DNA from: Methanolinea tarda
GTDB lineage: Archaea > Halobacteriota > Methanomicrobia > Methanomicrobiales > JACTUA01
Assembly (NCBI GenBank): GCA_037916685.1
Contig: JBAIXL010000130.1
Location: 784-24,783 of the forward strand
Direction of reading: 5' to 3'
Length of the DNA: 24,000 nt
The translations under genes were made by a program, and so were the position numbers. This document shows positions 16,361 through 24,000 of this stretch, piece after piece; within the stretch, counting starts at the first letter, position 1, and each line of letters begins with the position of its first letter. The notes below the pieces were generated by a model that was given only the letters and a program-made list of their open reading frames with translations, made no database searches and was not told the DNA's origin.

Positions 16361-17880
16361 GACGAGATCTCCCGGATGTACAGGATCTCCTTCTCGCGGA
16401 GATGTTCTAATTTTTCAGGTTCGAGGATGGTCCCCACCAGATTGGTCGCCTCGAACGGTTCTCCTGTGGGCCCGAATTCACTGTTATCCGATAAGCGTAC
16501 GCCGATGGTCCCCGATCCCTTGCGAACGTCATTGGTGACACCGATCTGGTTCGCAGGAACCTCGGAAGATGGGGTATTTTCGGGGATGATCTTTATCTGC
16601 CCGGTCAGAGGAGACTTGAACAATACCACGTCCTCAAAGGTGAAAAAAACCGAGAGTTTCCCGATCGATCGGAAGCGGAGACCGGTCATATCCCGGAAGA
16701 TCGCGGAGGTGATCGGTGCATGTTGATCGTCAATCCGGACCGCGACGACTTTCTCCCGCGGAGCTGTGATGAACTGGATTTTCTTCTCTTTGAGTACCTC
16801 CAGCGTGGTCTGGGGCTCCTGATCTACGATGACATACTCCCCGTGGGAGCCGTCGGATTGAACACTTACGCCTCTTTTCTGGGCGGCCTGGATGCCTTCA
16901 GACAGGGACATTCCCACCATATCCAGGCGTTCGGGATAGAACTGAATGCAAAGAAGGTCGCCCTCCTTCGCCAGTTTCACCAGCTCGAGCCCGTGGGTTA
17001 CTTGCCCGACAACGGTGTGGGTGGGATGGCTGGCGACATCGGCACGGTATATGTATACGCACCCCCGAGAAGGCCCTACAGTTCGGACGGTGATCGCCCC
17101 TTCCCGACGGGGATACTTTACCGCAGGGGGCACATCCAGAGGACTGACCCGGCAGTCGCGGATATGCGTGCTGGTCGTCCGGTTCACCCCAAAATGATGA
17201 TCCTTCAGAACCAGCAGGAGGTGTTCCACACTCTGGGCTCCGGTCGTATCCACCGAGTCCACTCCGCATCCCTGGGCGGTCCCTCCTACGTAGGTGATAA
17301 TCTGCATACCTTCTTCCAGGATGAGGCTTCCCTCGGTCGTGGTGAAGGAACGTGTCCGGTCCTCCCAGGAGATCATCCGTTCCATGGAAGAGATTTCATC
17401 ACCGGATTTCCAGGTATCCAGCACCCCTCGCCCACTGACCACCTTCCCCAGGATCCCTCCATCCACAGAGGCACCGTGATCGGCCTGATGTCGCATGCGT
17501 GAAAAGATCAACAGTGAGCGATTGGGATCGTACCCACCGCATCCCAGTATCACATCTCCCCTATCGTAGGAAGCGGCCATTCGGGAAGGAGAAAAATCAC
17601 CGGAAAAAGGACCAAAGGCAACCGCGTATCGATCCTCCCACTGCACGCGGAGATGCCGATCGGTCTCTACATTCTCGATCTGGGCGAAACGGGGATCCGT
17701 GGTCTCGACCACCACCTCCCCCCTCGTTGTCACCAAACGAATGAATGGAGTCTTTGCCTGTGCGGCCTCTGCTGGGCGTATAATTGCGACGGCACATCGA
17801 AGATCCCGGTCCGGCAATAGGGCGCCCAGAGTGGTTTCTTCCCTGACCTCCATCCTCTTTCCATCGAGATGGATCTCCAT
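16357..17880 (-). CDS. mmp3: Methanogenesis marker protein 3 (UPF0288 family)
   Basis: This 507-aa ORF lies immediately downstream of atwA, after a 16-nt spacer containing GGAGG. Its size and position are as in the conserved cluster. Confidence 0.7.
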   Translation of the reverse strand: MEIHLDGKRMEVREETTLGALLPDRDLRCAVAIIRPAEAAQAKTPFIRLVTTRGEVVVETTDPRFAQIENVETDRHLRVQWEDRYAVAFGPFSGDFSPSRMAASYDRGDVILGCGGYDPNRSLLIFSRMRHQADHGASVDGGILGKVVSGRGVLDTWKSGDEISSMERMISWEDRTRSFTTTEGSLILEEGMQIITYVGGTAQGCGVDSVDTTGAQSVEHLLLVLKDHHFGVNRTTSTHIRDCRVSPLDVPPAVKYPRREGAITVRTVGPSRGCVYIYRADVASHPTHTVVGQVTHGLELVKLAKEGDLLCIQFYPERLDMVGMSLSEGIQAAQKRGVSVQSDGSHGEYVIVDQEPQTTLEVLKEKKIQFITAPREKVVAVRIDDQHAPITSAIFRDMTGLRFRSIGKLSVFFTFEDVVLFKSPLTGQIKIIPENTPSSEVPANQIGVTNDVRKGSGTIGVRLSDNSEFGPTGEPFEATNLVGTILEPEKLEHLREKEILYIREISS

Positions 17881-17896
17881 GGAGACACGCCTCCAT

Positions 17897-19507
17897 TCAG
17901 GCGCCGGGCTTTCCCATTACCTGCCGTTCTTCATCGGTGAGACTGGCGAGAATCTCCTCTGTGGGTCCGATCTCGACAATTTTTCCGCCCCGCATCAGGG
18001 CCAGGCGATCGCAGATATCTTTCACGAAATCCATGTCGTGGGAGACCATGATAAATGTCTCGTCCATCTCATTCCGGGAGGTGAGGATGGAGTGTTTCAC
18101 ATCCAGCTTGGTGATGGGATCCATGGTTCCCGAGGGTTCATCGAGGATCACGATGCGGGGTTCCCGGATGAGGACCTGGGCGAGAGCCACACGGTGACGC
18201 TCTCCTTCACTGAGCTGGGAGGGGTACCGGTCCAGGATCTCTCTCGATTTCTGTTCATCGAATCCCGCCATGCGGAGGGTGATAATCGCCTTTCGTATTG
18301 CGAGTTCCTTGGGAAATTCGAGACCGATTGCATCGGTAAGGTTATCCAGTACGGTGCGGTGTGGATACAGATCATATTCCTGATGAAGTAAACCGATATA
18401 ACTCTTGGCACGGCCACGCTCCTCGATGCCAGGTTTGGTCATATCCACCCATTCATCTCCGATCCGTATATTCAGTTCACCGCTGGTGGGTTCAATGATT
18501 CCGGCGATGATCCGGCTCATGGTAGTTTTTCCCGCCCCGCTCTTTCCGATGATTCCGAAAATCTCTTTGGCCGGGATCTCAAATGAGACCCCGTTTACCG
18601 CCTTTACCACCCCGCGATCGACAGAAACGTAGCGTTTGACCACATCGCGGGCGATGACGATGTCCTGACCAAACTCGGCCTTGGTGTACTTCTCTGCGTC
18701 GGAAAATCCTTTCATGAATTCCGCGATCACATCGGCCGGACTTCCCATCATAGTCGCCTCGCCGTCCGTGAGCAGGATCGCACGGTCTGCCACATCCTCC
18801 ACGACCTGAGTGAAGTGGGAGGTGACGATCATGCCCATTCCCTTGGATTTCGCCGCATCCCGGAGCATTTCGTGCACCAGATTTGCCGTCTCCGGATCCA
18901 GCGTTCCGGTTGGCTCATCGGCAAACAGCATGAACGGTTCCTTTGCCAGCTGCCGGGCCAGAACCACCCGCTGTTTCTCTCCGCCCGAGAGATCCCGGGC
19001 GATATGCATCATGCGATGGGAGAGGCGTACCTCATCAAGAAGATCTGCGGCATGATTGATTGCCTTGTCCGGTGGATAGTCAATATCATCCAGAGCACGG
19101 AGCACATTTTCTATGACCCGGTCATTTCCATAGAGAGCAAAAGTTCTCTGGAACATGATCGCAGTCCGCCGCATAATTCTCCGTTTCATCGATTCGTTCA
19201 CGTCGGCCCAGAAATCGACATCGACGGGATGCAGGTCACCACCACATGCCGGACACGGAGTACCCGCCTTGCTCTGTATATCCACCCATTCACAGCGGTC
19301 GCAGGCTGCAATATGGTAGATGATCTTGCCGGAAGTGGGAGGCTGGTCGACGCCCCGTATGAGGTGCATGAGGACGGTTTTTCCTGCTCCGCTTCTCCCG
19401 ATGATTCCGATGACCTCGCTTTCCCCAATTTCAAAATTGATATCACGTAATACGGTATTCCCTTCAAAATCCATGCGGAGGTTTCTTATTGTGATAAGCG
19501 GCGCCAT
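17897..19507 (-). CDS. atwA: Methyl-coenzyme M reductase system component A2 (tandem ABC ATPase)
   Basis: There are two complete ABC cassettes. The first has GIIGRSGAGKT, LSGGEKQRVVLARQL and MLFADEPTGTLD. The second has GIIGKSGAGKTT, LSEGERHRVALAQVL and IVILDEPSGTMD. No TM domain is present. A Cys4 insertion (CDRC...CPAC) sits in cassette 1. The 536-aa ORF heads the mmp cluster. AAGGAGAG lies upstream of the ATG. Confidence 0.9.
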   Translation of the reverse strand: MAPLITIRNLRMDFEGNTVLRDINFEIGESEVIGIIGRSGAGKTVLMHLIRGVDQPPTSGKIIYHIAACDRCEWVDIQSKAGTPCPACGGDLHPVDVDFWADVNESMKRRIMRRTAIMFQRTFALYGNDRVIENVLRALDDIDYPPDKAINHAADLLDEVRLSHRMMHIARDLSGGEKQRVVLARQLAKEPFMLFADEPTGTLDPETANLVHEMLRDAAKSKGMGMIVTSHFTQVVEDVADRAILLTDGEATMMGSPADVIAEFMKGFSDAEKYTKAEFGQDIVIARDVVKRYVSVDRGVVKAVNGVSFEIPAKEIFGIIGKSGAGKTTMSRIIAGIIEPTSGELNIRIGDEWVDMTKPGIEERGRAKSYIGLLHQEYDLYPHRTVLDNLTDAIGLEFPKELAIRKAIITLRMAGFDEQKSREILDRYPSQLSEGERHRVALAQVLIREPRIVILDEPSGTMDPITKLDVKHSILTSRNEMDETFIMVSHDMDFVKDICDRLALMRGGKIVEIGPTEEILASLTDEERQVMGKPGA

Positions 19508-19648
19508 CCAGCTCTCCTTTTACCAGTATGATTCTCCTATGTACGGTCTCTACACGAGTACATTCACGCGATGTCCTTTCCTCGGTACTTCTGGGGTGAC
19601 ACCGGGTACGGATATCGAAATCGTATAGATAAGAGGGTATGCAATCGG

Positions 19649-19669
19649 TTATTATAGTTTTTATTATAT
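19649..19669 (-). promoter_or_regulatory. AT-rich TATA-like block, candidate promoter of the atwA-mmp operon
   Basis: TTATTATAGTTTTTATTATAT is the strongest AT block in the 440-bp region. It reads ATATAATAAAAACTATAATAA on the minus strand. It lies 142-162 nt upstream of the atwA ATG, which implies a leader of about 115-135 nt. Confidence 0.35.
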
Positions 19670-19677
19670 CCATCCAA

Positions 19678-19905
19678 TTAACGATTGTTTACGCGCGGTT
19701 CATGACAATCGAATAGCAGATCTCGTAATTTTGAACAGAACACCATTCTCCGTGATATCGCGGTTTCGACCTGGGCAGGTCTAAGTTGTTGGAACAACGA
19801 GTCCAGGTCACGAACAACCGGATCATAGAATAACCGATCTTGGGTCATGGGATAGAGTGAGTATCGGATCCATCTCCAGATCACGAGATACGGATATTCG
19901 GACAT
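19678..19905 (-). CDS. Hypothetical small ORF (75 aa), doubtful
   Basis: This is an open frame between the HAD gene terminator and the atwA promoter block. It has no recognisable motif. Its codon choice (TTA, CTA, ATA, AGA, CAA) is atypical for the neighbours, and it contains a strong stem-loop. It may be non-coding. Confidence 0.2.
   Translation of the reverse strand: MSEYPYLVIWRWIRYSLYPMTQDRLFYDPVVRDLDSLFQQLRPAQVETAISRRMVFCSKLRDLLFDCHEPRVNNR
19765..19814. other. Two-tier inverted repeat / stem-loop
   Basis: GACCTGG (19768..19774) pairs perfectly with CCAGGTC (19803..19809). The stem extends by 3 bp (19765..19767 with 19812..19814) across a 2-nt bulge. An inner stem pairs GTTGT (19785..19789) with ACAAC (19794..19798) around a TGGA loop. 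Confidence 0.5.
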
Positions 19906-19940
19906 ACCGCGACAAGGACTCTCCTGGAAGGGATTTCGGC

Positions 19941-19947
19941 AAAAAAA
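19941..19947 (-). terminator. T7 run immediately after the HAD gene stop codon
   Basis: The minus strand reads TGA-TTTTTTT-GCCG. The oligo-T tract directly abuts the stop at 19948..19950. Confidence 0.45.
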
Positions 19948-20811
19948 TCAACGCGATCCCGGGGGATACCCGTTCTTATCGGTGACACAGAGAGTCTTCT
20001 CGGTCGCGCAAACCTGTCCCACGATGTCCTTCACTTCACGGACGTTCTTCACCACAAAGTCTGCCTGATCATACAGTTCCCGCGGCCTCTCGGCACGCTG
20101 CTGTTCGGTCAGGATGGCGAGATCGGCCCGGGCAAAGGCGGCCAGATCATTGATCCCATCCCCCACCATGATCACTACATCATACTGGCGTTTCAGATCG
20201 TCGATAATGCGAGCTTTCACTTGAGGTGTGGCGATCCCAAACACCCGATCACGGGATATCCCCAGGTGATCCGCGATCCGTTCCAATTTCGCTGCCCGGT
20301 CACCCGAGGCGATGAATGTCGGGATGCCCCGCTGATGAAGTTCGGTAATGGTCTCCTTGGCGCCGGGAAAAGGTTTTCCCCCCGAGGTGATCACATACTC
20401 GATGCTCTTGGTGTGCAGATCGACAATTGCTCCACTATCCATGGCAACCAGGGCTTGAGAACGGCAGTGCTCCCACACCGTCTGAATACATTCCTGAAGA
20501 TCCTGAATGCGGGCAATTCGATCGGTTTCGAGAATTTCACGGATAGAGTCTGCAGTGACCACGCGGCGGGAGCAGGCGATTCCAAACCCCACCTGCTGTT
20601 CCCTGAGATACTCAGAGAGGTAACGGTTGGAGGGCACGCCCATGATGTCCCGGGAGTGAGTGTGGAGGACGATAAGTACCCGATCCACCGAGGTGAAGGT
20701 GAGCAAGGTAGTTTCCACATCTATCAGCATTTCCTGTCGGGCAATCTGTTTCGCCACCCGGAAGGTCCGGAGCAGGGTTCCGGCGCTATCAAAAACCACT
20801 GCCACACTCAT
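19948..20811 (-). CDS. HAD-superfamily phosphatase of the soluble P-type ATPase type (COG4087 / MJ0968-like)
   Basis: Motif I is VVFDSAGTLL (the D-x-x-G-T of the P-type ATPase DKTGT). FIASGDR is present. Motif IV is IMVGDGINDLAAFARADL (the GDGxND hinge). There are no TM segments. The length is 287 aa. Confidence 0.8.
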   Translation of the reverse strand: MSVAVVFDSAGTLLRTFRVAKQIARQEMLIDVETTLLTFTSVDRVLIVLHTHSRDIMGVPSNRYLSEYLREQQVGFGIACSRRVVTADSIREILETDRIARIQDLQECIQTVWEHCRSQALVAMDSGAIVDLHTKSIEYVITSGGKPFPGAKETITELHQRGIPTFIASGDRAAKLERIADHLGISRDRVFGIATPQVKARIIDDLKRQYDVVIMVGDGINDLAAFARADLAILTEQQRAERPRELYDQADFVVKNVREVKDIVGQVCATEKTLCVTDKNGYPPGSR

Positions 20812-20864
20812 CTCTTCCCCGCCCCTGCAAAGCTCTATGCTGTTGTTCTGGATAGTATCTTGAT

Positions 20865-21827
20865 ATGCTGCTTACTGAGACCGCGAAGAAAATAAAGAGC
20901 ATGGAGATCCGGGGGGCCGGGAGAATTGCCCGCGCCGCTGCCGAAGCGCTGAAAGCTCATGCACTCTCGCAGTCCGTAACTGACATAGTCGCCTTTCGTT
21001 CATCCATGGAACATGCCGCAGAAATCCTGATAGCCACCCGTCCCACTGCAGTATCGCTTCCTAACGCCATCCATTACGTGCTGAAGGAGCTGGGCGAATC
21101 GGAAAACGCAGAAATCGCACAACAGCGGCTGGTGGCAAGGGCAGAGGAATTTATTCAGGAATCCCTTCAGGCCGTGGACCGGATCGGGGAATTTGGAGCC
21201 CGGCACATCTCCGACGGCGATGTGATCCTGACCCACTGCAACTCTGAGGCAGCCCTGGCCTGTATCACCACCGCTCACCGGGACGGAAAACAGATCACGG
21301 TTATCGCCACCGAGGTTCGGCCAGGGAACCAGGGATTGATCACCATCCGTGCACTAAATGACGCCGGTGTATCGACCCAGTACATCGTCGATTCGGCAGT
21401 CCGGTATTTTATGAATGAGGTGGATCTGGTGATTGTCGGGGCGGATGCGGTGATGGTCAACGGGGCCGTGGTAAACAAGATCGGTACCGCTCCCATCGCA
21501 CTCGCGGCTCACGAGGCCAGGACGAGTTTCATGGTGGCCGCAGAGACCTATAAGTTTGCCCCCCGTACCCTGTTAGGTGAGACGATCGAGATCGAGGAAA
21601 GGGACCCGAATGAAGTACTCTCCGAGAAGATCAGATCCGAATTGTCCCACGTACGGGTACGCAATCCGGTCTTTGACATCACCCCTCCCCGGTATATCGA
21701 TCTAATCGTTACGGAAAAGGGAGCGTTTCCCCCGACCCTCGCCTATATCATCATCCGCGATTATCTGGGATGGAGCATGGAAGAATTTCACAAAAAATTT
21801 GAAATAGATTACCCAGATCAGGTGTGA
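20865..21827 (+). CDS. Ribose-1,5-bisphosphate isomerase (e2b2 / eIF-2B alpha-beta-delta-like family)
   Basis: The N-terminus KKIKSMEIRGAGRIARAAAEALK, plus THCNSEAAL, GADAV..NGAVVNKIGT and FMVAAETYKF, are typical of the archaeal eIF2B-related R15P / MTR-1-P isomerase family. The length is 320 aa. Confidence 0.8.
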   Translation: MLLTETAKKIKSMEIRGAGRIARAAAEALKAHALSQSVTDIVAFRSSMEHAAEILIATRPTAVSLPNAIHYVLKELGESENAEIAQQRLVARAEEFIQESLQAVDRIGEFGARHISDGDVILTHCNSEAALACITTAHRDGKQITVIATEVRPGNQGLITIRALNDAGVSTQYIVDSAVRYFMNEVDLVIVGADAVMVNGAVVNKIGTAPIALAAHEARTSFMVAAETYKFAPRTLLGETIEIEERDPNEVLSEKIRSELSHVRVRNPVFDITPPRYIDLIVTEKGAFPPTLAYIIIRDYLGWSMEEFHKKFEIDYPDQV

Positions 21828-21885
21828 TCGACATGTGCGGAAAATACGATAAACCTCGTTTCTGCCAGAGTCGGGGTGACTGACC

Positions 21886-22707
21886 ATGGAGATACTCTTT
21901 ACCAAACTGCAGGGGAATGGAAATGATTTCATTCTCGTGGATGAGATCGAGGGGCTCATCATCCCGGACGAGATGAAAGGGGAGTTTGCCGCCCTCTACT
22001 GTGATCGGAGGTTTGGCGTGGGGGGAGACGGGGTATTGTTTCTATCCTCATCCGACAAGGCTGATCTGAGAATGCGACTCTTCCAGCCCGATCGCAGTGA
22101 AGCGGAGATGTGCGGAAATGGTATCCGGTGTTTTGTACGGTATGCGATGGATAGCGGGTATGTCCGGGAGGCCTGCAAAGTGGAGACCCTTGCCGGAATC
22201 ATATCCGTACGCATGGGGTATCACGACGACACCTTTATGGCTGCGGTGGATATGCCGACACCCCGGTATGACCGCAAAGAGATCCCCGCGATAGGTGAGG
22301 GTGAGTATCTGGAGACCATCGGTGGTTTCGAGGTCCGTGCGGTCAATGTCGGAGTACCCCATGCGGTCATCGTAGTCGAGGATGTGGAGAAGATGGATCT
22401 GCCGGGACAGGCCCCACCCATCCGACATCATGAGTCTTTTCCCAAGGGAGCGAACGTGAATTTCGTGCAGCATATCGGAGAAAACGCCCTGCGTATCCGT
22501 ACCTTCGAACGGGGTGTGGAGGGTGAGACCCTGTCCTGCGGCACCGGGGCAACAGCGTCAGCACTGATACTTCATCGCATGGGTGTGGTCGGGGAGACGG
22601 TGCAGGTCGAGACCGAGGGGGGTCCGCTGAATATTTACCTTAAGGAGGGTGTGATCCTGGAGGGGCCTGCAGAACCCGTCTTTGTAGGTGCGATCAATAT
22701 TCCCTGA
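21886..22707 (+). CDS. dapF: Diaminopimelate epimerase
   Basis: FTKLQGNGNDFILVDE is at the N-terminus. The two catalytic Cys motifs are present: EMCGNGIRCF and LSCGTGATASAL. The length is 273 aa. Confidence 0.9.
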   Translation: MEILFTKLQGNGNDFILVDEIEGLIIPDEMKGEFAALYCDRRFGVGGDGVLFLSSSDKADLRMRLFQPDRSEAEMCGNGIRCFVRYAMDSGYVREACKVETLAGIISVRMGYHDDTFMAAVDMPTPRYDRKEIPAIGEGEYLETIGGFEVRAVNVGVPHAVIVVEDVEKMDLPGQAPPIRHHESFPKGANVNFVQHIGENALRIRTFERGVEGETLSCGTGATASALILHRMGVVGETVQVETEGGPLNIYLKEGVILEGPAEPVFVGAINIP

Positions 22708-22840
22708 AAACGGGAGGCTCCCTTCTTTGCATCAGAGGAGTCAAACAAAATACTACATTCTTCTCGAAGACCTCCCGACAAAAAATACTGAGCCTTTCAA
22801 GCCAGATCCGCGGAGATCGTCCCCTATAGTGGTACCCTCG

Positions 22841-23554
22841 TTAAAGTGCGGCGGGATGACGTGTCCTTGTTATCCCCATCTCGGTTTTCCGTATACCCTC
22901 TTGGGTTATCTCGAAATCGAATGACGAACCGTCCGCCAGGGACCGATGCTTGACCAGTACCGCCCGGCGCATTCCATTCAGACGATCTATGCGGATGATT
23001 GCTTTACAGAGATGCTGGAGAACCGGGCCCCCCATCGGCCGGAATTCTCCGGATTCCGGATCGACATACACCTGATTGGTGACCAGCGCGGGAACCGAAT
23101 ACCGGCGGCAGAGCCCCAGCAGGTACATCATCTGTGAGGCGAGCTTCCTCTGTGCTTCCCGGCTCTGTCCGAGCTCCGTACGGTACAGTGCGGTTGCGGA
23201 GTCCAAAACGAAAAGATCGATCCCTCCTTTTTTCAGCAGATTTTCGGATTCCGCGATCTGGACACCCTGCTGTTCAAAATCAGAAGGTTCAAACACATAC
23301 AGCCGGGAGGCGATCTTCTCTGCATCCTCTCCTGCGATCTGGCGGAACCGTTCCACCGATAGACCTTCGGTATCTAAGAAGATCACTGCCCGGCCGGCCT
23401 TCAGACAGGTCACGACAGGAAGGAGGACCAGCGTGCTCTTACCGCTCCCGGGCTCCCCGTAAATCTGGGTGATCGTCTTTCTTTCCAGTCCTCCTCCCAG
23501 CAGGTCATCCAGGGGTGCCGATCCCGTACTCACACGGGAGTTTACGGAATTCAT
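22841..23554 (-). CDS. radB: DNA repair and recombination protein RadB (RecA/RadA paralogue)
   Basis: STGSAPLDDLLGGGLERKTITQIYGEPGSGKSTL contains Walker A. LFVLDS is Walker B. The protein is a short 237-aa RecA core with no N-terminal HhH domain. It has an ATGA overlap with the larC stop. Confidence 0.85.
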   Translation of the reverse strand: MNSVNSRVSTGSAPLDDLLGGGLERKTITQIYGEPGSGKSTLVLLPVVTCLKAGRAVIFLDTEGLSVERFRQIAGEDAEKIASRLYVFEPSDFEQQGVQIAESENLLKKGGIDLFVLDSATALYRTELGQSREAQRKLASQMMYLLGLCRRYSVPALVTNQVYVDPESGEFRPMGGPVLQHLCKAIIRIDRLNGMRRAVLVKHRSLADGSSFDFEITQEGIRKTEMGITRTRHPAAL

Positions 23555-24000
23555 GGACTCTCCTTCTGTATCTGCAGCCAGGCGGCGTTCTCAGCCCTCC
23601 GCATCACTTCTCTCAGGGGCATACCGAGTTCCGAAGCCCACGTTTTGCAGGATTCGTACTCGGGTTTCAGTGCCAGGAGACTCTTCCCCTTCCAGCTACA
23701 CTTGATTTCAATCGTGCGGGTATCCCCCCGGATCTCAACGGGGACGGAGATGACCCTTCTTTCGATGACCAAGCGATGGACGGCCGGGAATCTCCGTATG
23801 CCCAGGGTTCCGAGTTCTGTGGCCATAAGGGCCGCAAGGTGATCCGATCGAGAAGAATCACTGATCACCCGCAACATATGGCCCGGTCTGCCTTTTTTCA
23901 TCAGGAGGGGAACGATGCAGGCATCTCGGGCACCTTCCTCCATGAGGCGATCCAGGGTATATCCAAGAACCTCCCCGGTTACATCATCGACATTGGTCTC
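23551..24000 (-). CDS. larC: LarC-family nickel insertion protein (DUF111; nickel-pincer cofactor synthase-like), C-terminal part, 5' end outside window
   Basis: The frame stays open to the window edge. My translation of 24000..23941 gives ETNVDDVTGEVLGYTLDRLM. It is followed by EEGARDACIVPLLMKKGRPGHMLRVI. The ETN-x-DD and MKK-x-RPG motifs are LarC hallmarks. Confidence 0.8.
   Translation of the reverse strand, partial: ETNVDDVTGEVLGYTLDRLMEEGARDACIVPLLMKKGRPGHMLRVISDSSRSDHLAALMATELGTLGIRRFPAVHRLVIERRVISVPVEIRGDTRTIEIKCSWKGKSLLALKPEYESCKTWASELGMPLREVMRRAENAAWLQIQKESP

Noticed and set aside
19537-19563. An 8-codon uORF (MYSCRDRT) in the putative atwA leader.
   Set aside because: It has no ribosome-binding site of its own. 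Its existence depends on an unverified TSS. Short ORFs of this length occur by chance.
1-24000. A search for CRISPR arrays, IS elements, integrases, toxin-antitoxin pairs, defence genes, rRNA/tRNA genes or long direct repeats. I also noted an apparent abundance of GATC/CGATCG strings.
   Set aside because: None of those elements were seen by eye. All large ORFs are housekeeping or metabolic genes with uniform composition, so this is not an accessory island. The GATC impression cannot be quantified without counting against a background model, so no claim is made.

Overview
This looks like a core chromosomal segment from a methanogenic archaeon. I would guess Methanomicrobia or Methanomicrobiales, with GC in the mid-50s by eye, but I cannot confirm taxonomy without a search. 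The window is densely coding, with about 23 genes. I found no rRNA, tRNA, CRISPR array, transposase or integrase.

Two long minus-strand operons dominate.

1. 19507..12271 holds eight tightly packed genes. They are MCR component A2 (atwA), methanogenesis marker proteins 3, 6, 5, 15, 17 and 7, and a terminal AhpD/carboxymuconolactone-decarboxylase-family CxxC protein. Together they form the ATP-dependent methyl-coenzyme M reductase activation cluster.
2. 11996..6404 holds a glycogen/alpha-glucan operon: a GH57 glucanase, two GT-B glycosyltransferases and an archaeal-type debranching enzyme.

Next to the glycogen operon is a divergent pair driven from a 68-bp spacer. One gene is a GalT/HIT-family nucleotidyltransferase. 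The other is an orphan HPr-kinase/PEPCK-fold P-loop protein.

The remaining genes are:
- a secreted beta-helix surface protein
- a DUF523-DUF1722 fusion
- an HDAC-family deacetylase
- a soluble P-type-ATPase-like HAD phosphatase
- ribose-1,5-bisphosphate isomerase
- dapF
- radB
- the 3' end of larC

The most interesting points are the uncharacterised members and add-ons of the MCR-activation operon. Mmp15 keeps both archerase-type cluster cysteines, Mmp5 and Mmp6 have no assigned role, and a redox protein is appended at the operon tail. The GalT-like/kinase-like pair beside a glycogen operon that lacks a sugar-nucleotide-forming enzyme is also notable. So is the unusually long, lower-GC, structured region upstream of atwA.

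All family calls rest on motifs I recognised by eye in the translations. No database search was run.
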